DNA from: an uncultured Actinomycetes bacterium
GTDB lineage: Bacteria; Actinomycetota; UBA4738; HRBIN12
Assembly: GCA_963796725.1 (NCBI GenBank)
Contig: CAWCMT010000001.1
Location: forward strand, 756,437-820,436
DNA length: 64,000 nt
Reading direction: 5' to 3'
Part shown: piece by piece, positions 59,426-64,000 of the stretch
How positions within the stretch are numbered: position 1 is the stretch's first letter
Layout: each line of letters opens with the position of its first letter
The notes under the pieces: generated by a model
Database searches by the model: none
Told to the model about the DNA's origin: nothing
What the model saw: the letters and a program-made list of their open reading frames with translations, nothing else
Made by a program: the position numbers and the translations under genes

Positions 59426-60691
59426 GTGAGCGCACGCCTGCAGGAACTCGCCGAACACACCCCCGCGACCCGGGACCGATACGTCGACTTCCTCCGGGCT
59501 GCGTCGATCCTGGCCGTGGTGTGCGGGCACTGGATGATCGGCGTCATCTTCTGGGATCACGGGACCATCCGCGACGCAAGCGCGATCGGTCTGACTCCGG
59601 GCTTGTGGCTCGCCACCTGGGCCTTGCAGGTGATGCCGATCTTCTTCTTCGTCGGAGGGTTCGCGAACCTGCGGACCTACGACGCCTACCGTGCCCGCGG
59701 CGAGTCGGCCGGCGCCTTCGTGAAGAGCCGCGTCGACCGGCTGCTGAGGCCCTCGTTGGTGTTCCTCGGGGTATGGACCGTGGTGATGATCGTCCTCCAC
59801 GTCGCCGACATCGGCGCGACGGCGGGCCCGCCTCTGTGGGGTGACACTCGGCTGCTCAGGGGCGTCCTTCCGCCGGGCCAGACGATCCCGTTCGGGCCGC
59901 TCTGGTTCCTCGCTGTCTACCTCGTCGTGGTGTCGGTTGCGCCGGGGACCATCTGGTTGCACCGTCGGTTCGGGCTGTGGGTTCCCGTCGTGATGGCGGC
60001 TGGCGCCCTGGCCTGCGACGTCATCGGCTTCATGGGGGGCCACCCCATCGCACGGTGGGGCAACGTGGCGTTCGTCCTGCTGTTCCCGCATCAGCTCGGG
60101 CACGCCTACGGCGACGGCAGCATGTTGCGCTGGCCCCGAGAGGCGTTCTGGGGGATGGTCATCGGCGGTCTCGCGGGGCTCGTCCTGCTGACCAATCCGC
60201 CGCTGTGGCAGCTGTTCGGTGACGTACGGCACACCTGGTTCCCGGGGATCGGGGCTTACCCGAAGAGCCTCCTGGGCACCGACGTCGAGGCAGTTTCGAA
60301 CGCCTATCCGCCGACGGTTTGCTTCCTCCTGGGCGGGGTCTGGTCGATCGGAGCCGCCATGCTGCTGCGAGATCCCGCGAACCGCTGGCTCCAGCGTTCA
60401 AGGCCGTGGAGGTTCACGATCGCGGTCAACTCCGTGATCATGACCCTGTTCCTGTGGCACATGACCGCCTACCTGCTGGCGATCCTGCTGCTGTGGCCGC
60501 TGGGGTTCGGCCACGAGACCGACAGCACCTTGCGTTGGTGGCTCGAGCGGTTCGTGTGGGTAGCGGTGCCCGGCGCCATCCTGATCGGGCTGATCGCGAT
60601 CTTCGGCCGGTTCGAACGGCCTCGTCGTGCGACTAGCGGCCGCGGAGCCGCGGGCTCAGGACCTCGTCGAGGGCATAGCCCACCATCGTGA
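59426..60691 (+). CDS. Acyltransferase-3 family integral membrane O-acyltransferase
   Basis: The GTG at 59426 is preceded by GGAAGGAG. RDRYVDFLRAASILAVVCGHW, MPIFFFVGGF, about 10 TM. The 3' end overlaps the convergent permease gene by about 58 nt. Confidence 0.75.
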   Translation: MSARLQELAEHTPATRDRYVDFLRAASILAVVCGHWMIGVIFWDHGTIRDASAIGLTPGLWLATWALQVMPIFFFVGGFANLRTYDAYRARGESAGAFVKSRVDRLLRPSLVFLGVWTVVMIVLHVADIGATAGPPLWGDTRLLRGVLPPGQTIPFGPLWFLAVYLVVVSVAPGTIWLHRRFGLWVPVVMAAGALACDVIGFMGGHPIARWGNVAFVLLFPHQLGHAYGDGSMLRWPREAFWGMVIGGLAGLVLLTNPPLWQLFGDVRHTWFPGIGAYPKSLLGTDVEAVSNAYPPTVCFLLGGVWSIGAAMLLRDPANRWLQRSRPWRFTIAVNSVIMTLFLWHMTAYLLAILLLWPLGFGHETDSTLRWWLERFVWVAVPGAILIGLIAIFGRFERPRRATSGRGAAGSGPRRGHSPPS

Positions 60692-61541
60692 ACGACAGGG
60701 TGACGATCGAGATCGCGATGCCTGGAGGGATCAACCACCACCACTCACCGGCCGACAGAGCTCCGTTGGTGAAGGACTCCTCGATGATCCGTCCCCATGA
60801 CATCGCGGTGGCGCTTCCGAGCCCGAGGATCGAAAGGGTCGTCTCCGACAGGATCGCCAACGCCACCATCAAGATCGCGTTCGCGAACAGGATCGGGAAG
60901 ACGTTGGGCAGGATGTGACGCGTGATCATGTGCCAGTGCCCCGCCCCGAGCGCCCGCGAACGCTCGACGAACGGACGTTCTCGCACGCTCAGGGACTGCG
61001 CCCGCACGATCCTCGCGGTGCTGGCCCAGGACGTGATCGCGATCACGATGATCACGTTCGTCAGGGTAGGTCCGACGATGGAGGCGATCGCGATGGCCAG
61101 CGCGATCCAGGGCAGGACCAGGAACCAGTTCGTGAAGGCGTTCAGGACCGTGTCCACCCTCGAGCCACCGAAGTAGCCTGCCGTGATCCCCACCACAGCC
61201 CCGATCGCGATGGCGCCGAACGCGGCCAGGAAGCCCACCATCAGTGAGATGCGCGTGCCTACGATCATCAACGACAGCACCGACCGTCCGAAGTTGTCCG
61301 TGCCCAAGGGGTAGGCCCAGGACGGCGGGGCCAGGATCGGGCCCGTGGCGGCGGAGGGTTCGATCGCGTTCGGACCCACGATGAACGGCCCCACGAGCGC
61401 GATGAGGATGAAGACGGTGAGGATGATGAGCCCAGCCTTGCCCTGGCGGTTCTTCATGAACGTGCGCCAGTTCGCCTGCAGCGTCGCGCGGCGGCGAGCC
61501 CATCCGATAGACCGCGCCGAACCGGAGTCGACGGTCGCCAT
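60633..61541 (-). CDS. Peptide/nickel ABC transporter permease (DppC/OppC-like)
   Basis: 302 aa. Typical N-terminal TM, then the BPD_transp_1 loop SLSVRERPFVERSRALGAGHWHMITRHILPNV. Confidence 0.85.
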   Translation of the reverse strand: MATVDSGSARSIGWARRRATLQANWRTFMKNRQGKAGLIILTVFILIALVGPFIVGPNAIEPSAATGPILAPPSWAYPLGTDNFGRSVLSLMIVGTRISLMVGFLAAFGAIAIGAVVGITAGYFGGSRVDTVLNAFTNWFLVLPWIALAIAIASIVGPTLTNVIIVIAITSWASTARIVRAQSLSVRERPFVERSRALGAGHWHMITRHILPNVFPILFANAILMVALAILSETTLSILGLGSATAMSWGRIIEESFTNGALSAGEWWWLIPPGIAISIVTLSFTMVGYALDEVLSPRLRGR

Positions 61542-62507
61542 TTACGCCTCCCGTACCCGTGGGTCCATATAGCTGTAGGTCACGTCGGCGATGAGGTTGA
61601 ACACGATCACGGCCACGCTGGAGAGCAGGAACACGGCCTGGATCACCGGGTAGTCGAGGGTCTGGATCGCGTCGTAGGTGAGCAATCCCAGGCCCGGCCA
61701 TGAGAACACGGTCTCGATCACCACCGACCCGCCCAGGATGAACCCGAGGGAGAGGAAGATCAGCGTGAACGTCGGGAGGAAGGCGTTGGGAACGACGTGG
61801 CGACGCCGGACGTCGAGCGAGGGGAGCCCCTTCGCACGCGCGACGGTGACGTAGTCCTCGTTGACCGCCTCCAGCATCGAGGACCGCATGATGATCGCGT
61901 ACTCGCCGATGTAGCCCAGGGTGAGGGTGAGCAGTGGAAGGAAGAGGTGGCGAGTGATGTCGACGACGCGTGTCATCCCCGAGAGGCCCCCCTGTTCGAG
62001 CCCGCCGGCCGGGAACCATCCCAGCATCCCCGAGAGCAGGATCAGCAGGAGCATGCCGAGCCACCCCTCCGGAACGGAATAGAGCACCAGCGATCCGTAG
62101 AGCGACGAGGTGTCGAACCGGCTGCCGCGCTCCCACCCGCCCTTGATCCCGATCAAGACGCCGAACACGGTCGCGAACAGCGTGCCCAATCCCACCAGCA
62201 GCACGGTCGGCGGGATGCGGGAGGCCACCACGGTGGTGACCGGGTCTCCCGTGTGGAGGGACACACCCAGGTCTCCCGTCAGCGTGCCCTTGACGTAGGT
62301 CACGTACTGCTGGGGGAGCGGCTGGTCCAGGCCAAGCGCGGCGCGCTGGGCCGCTACGTCCTCGGGGGTGAGGCGTTCGCTACGCGCCATGAGCGCAACG
62401 GGGTCACCCGGCAGGATCCGGAACAGGAAGAAATTGAAGGTCAGGACGAACAGCAGGGTCATGACGGCCTGCACCACCTTGCGGAAGAGGTAGCGTCGCT
62501 GCCGCAT
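61542..62507 (-). CDS. Peptide/nickel ABC transporter permease (DppB/OppB-like)
   Basis: 321 aa. MRQRRYLFRKVVQAVMTLLFVLTFNFFLFRILPGDP...YVTVARAKGLPSLDVRRRHVVPNA. Its stop abuts the start of the next permease gene. Confidence 0.85.
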   Translation of the reverse strand: MRQRRYLFRKVVQAVMTLLFVLTFNFFLFRILPGDPVALMARSERLTPEDVAAQRAALGLDQPLPQQYVTYVKGTLTGDLGVSLHTGDPVTTVVASRIPPTVLLVGLGTLFATVFGVLIGIKGGWERGSRFDTSSLYGSLVLYSVPEGWLGMLLLILLSGMLGWFPAGGLEQGGLSGMTRVVDITRHLFLPLLTLTLGYIGEYAIIMRSSMLEAVNEDYVTVARAKGLPSLDVRRRHVVPNAFLPTFTLIFLSLGFILGGSVVIETVFSWPGLGLLTYDAIQTLDYPVIQAVFLLSSVAVIVFNLIADVTYSYMDPRVREA

Positions 62508-62534
62508 CCAGGCCCCCCTCGCCGGCCGCGCCGG

Positions 62535-64000
62535 TCAGATCTCGTCCAACGAGCGCCGCCGTCCACGCCGCACCAGCGCCCAGCTGAGGGCGACGATCGC
62601 GATGACGACGACGAGCAGGACCCAGGCGGGGATACCGGAGGAACCCGTGTTGGCCCCGCTGGCGGACACCGGATGCACCGTGAGGAGCGATTCGTAGTTG
62701 TATCCGGGCATCAGGTAGCCGTGCGGGCCGGGGGCAGGTGTCCATCCGGTGAAGCGATCGTTGCGGTAGGCCTCCAGCCATCCCGGGTAGGCGAGCACCA
62801 CGCCCGGGACCTGCTCGTACAGCCGCCGCTGCGCCTCCTGCACGATCTTCAACCGAGCGGTCTGGTCGATCGTGCGTCGCTGCTCCTCGTAGAGCTTGTC
62901 GAAGGTGGGGTCCTTGTAGCAGCCGTCGCTCCACCCGCCGCACTCGCCCGAGGTGAACACGGAGAGCTGATAGTCGGGGTCGGGGTCACCGCCCCAGTAC
63001 CAGATGTACGCATCGAAGTTGCCGGTGCCCCAGTAGTCGTTCATCTTGGCGTCGGTGACGGGGCGCAGGTCCACTGCGATCCCGATCGCCTTCAGGTACC
63101 CCACGATCAGCTGCCCCGCCTCGCTCGCGCCGGTGGTGTCGGTAGACGCGGGGATGAGCATCTTCAGGGGCTCGCCCGTGTTCGGATCCTCCCGGATGCC
63201 GTCGCCGTTCGTGTCCAGATAGCCGGCTTGGTCCAGCATCTTGTTCGCCTCATCCGGCGAGTAGGGGAACTCCTGATCGGCAGGGATGTCGAGATGCCAG
63301 TAGGTGGAGGCAGGGCGGATCACCGTATCGCCCGGGGTCGCCGTCCCCGCGTACACCTTCTCCGCGATCGTCTTCTTGTCGATCGCCATCTCGATGGCGC
63401 GGCGCACGGTGAGGTCCTGCAACGCGGGCAACGGGTGCGCGTCAGGGCCCTGGCCACCGAAGTTGAAGGCCAGGTTCAGCCACCAGTCCGAGATCACCTG
63501 CTGCACGGTGACGTGCGGCAGACTCTTCACGGAGGGGTCCAGTGACGGCTGCACGCCGTCGATGAAGTCGACCTGGCCGTTGCGGAGCGCCTGGATCATG
63601 GCCTCCTGGTTGGAGTAGAGGTGGTACTCGATCCGGTCGACGGTCGGAGCCGGTCCCCAGAAGTTCGGGTTGCGGTCCATCACCCATCCCCGGCCCTTGT
63701 CCCACGAGGTCAGCGTGAAGGGACCGGTGCCCACCGAAGGGACGTTCTTGACGGCCTTGATCGCCTGCAGTCCCTTGCCGTCCACGCTCTTCCAAAGGTT
63801 CTCCGGGACGATGTAGATCCACGGCGGCACGTTCGGCGCGAAGGTCGGCTCCTGCGCCCTCCAGATCAGCGTGTGGTCGTCGGGCGTCTCGAACGTCGGG
63901 TGGAACGGCAGGTAGTTCCGGTACTGCGGGATGTGGTTGTCGAGGGCGAAGCGGAACGTGAACGCGACGTCGCGCGCCGTCAACGGCGTGCCGTCGCTCC
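62535..64000 (-). CDS. Peptide ABC transporter substrate-binding protein (family 5), partial (5' end outside the window), with C-terminal TM anchor
   Basis: SBP_bac_5-like sequence (GPFTLTSWDKGRGWVMDRNPNFWG, AIDKKTI...). The frame stays open to the window edge. The C-terminus is IPAWVLLVVVIAIVALSWALVRRGRRR. Confidence 0.8.
   Translation of the reverse strand, partial: SDGTPLTARDVAFTFRFALDNHIPQYRNYLPFHPTFETPDDHTLIWRAQEPTFAPNVPPWIYIVPENLWKSVDGKGLQAIKAVKNVPSVGTGPFTLTSWDKGRGWVMDRNPNFWGPAPTVDRIEYHLYSNQEAMIQALRNGQVDFIDGVQPSLDPSVKSLPHVTVQQVISDWWLNLAFNFGGQGPDAHPLPALQDLTVRRAIEMAIDKKTIAEKVYAGTATPGDTVIRPASTYWHLDIPADQEFPYSPDEANKMLDQAGYLDTNGDGIREDPNTGEPLKMLIPASTDTTGASEAGQLIVGYLKAIGIAVDLRPVTDAKMNDYWGTGNFDAYIWYWGGDPDPDYQLSVFTSGECGGWSDGCYKDPTFDKLYEEQRRTIDQTARLKIVQEAQRRLYEQVPGVVLAYPGWLEAYRNDRFTGWTPAPGPHGYLMPGYNYESLLTVHPVSASGANTGSSGIPAWVLLVVVIAIVALSWALVRRGRRRSLDEI

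Overview
High-GC (roughly 70% by eye), gene-dense, actinobacterium-like chromosomal segment. I can support about 58 protein-coding genes, one tRNA (a tRNA-Sec, anticodon UCA), one strong terminator hairpin, two identical palindromic operator sites and one unexplained structured intergenic element. I see no rRNA, CRISPR array, transposase, integrase or recognisable defence system. All family calls come from motif recognition in the translations; no BLAST or HMM search was possible.

Layout:
- 1-20.8 kb: housekeeping and envelope genes. These include an ArsP/DUF318 permease, two alkaline-phosphatase-like paralogs, MFS and EamA transporters, AlaX, a cupredoxin/beta-helix/PLDc_N fusion, WS/DGAT, a sigma-70 factor, a class-V aminotransferase, NUDIX, PlsC, an M20 peptidase and a PAS histidine kinase.
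- 20.8-41.5 kb: a carbohydrate island. It carries an MsiK-like ATPase, two BadF-type sugar kinases, a CE4 deacetylase, a SIS isomerase/deaminase, two GH4 enzymes, a DegT aminotransferase, a ROK regulator, an ABC importer, GH35-like and GH1 enzymes, a Gfo/Idh/MocA protein, a G1PDH/DHQS-like protein and a neutral-ceramidase-like protein. An identical 15-nt site, TTAGGAAAGTTTCCT, lies in front of the ROK gene and in the SIS/GH4 divergent region. From memory this looks like the CsnR (chitosan-oligosaccharide) box of Streptomyces.
- 41.4-64 kb: Ppx/GppA, an MFS transporter, a Pat-like GNAT/acyl-CoA-synthetase fusion, tRNA-Sec, Tag, PadR, HAD-IB, a geranylgeranyl reductase, two M15 peptidase paralogs flanking a MoaD-like/BNR-repeat cassette, a CpaE/TadZ-like ATPase, an amidohydrolase, an acyltransferase-3 and a peptide ABC operon.

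The most striking global property is a very high, unevenly distributed density of single-nucleotide frame disruptions: at least 35, most of them between 33.9 and 41.5 kb. Several sit in short G/C runs. They indicate either a poor consensus sequence or mass pseudogenisation of the sugar island, and I cannot tell which from the sequence alone. Many long ORFs in the track are antisense high-GC artefacts and are not reported as genes.
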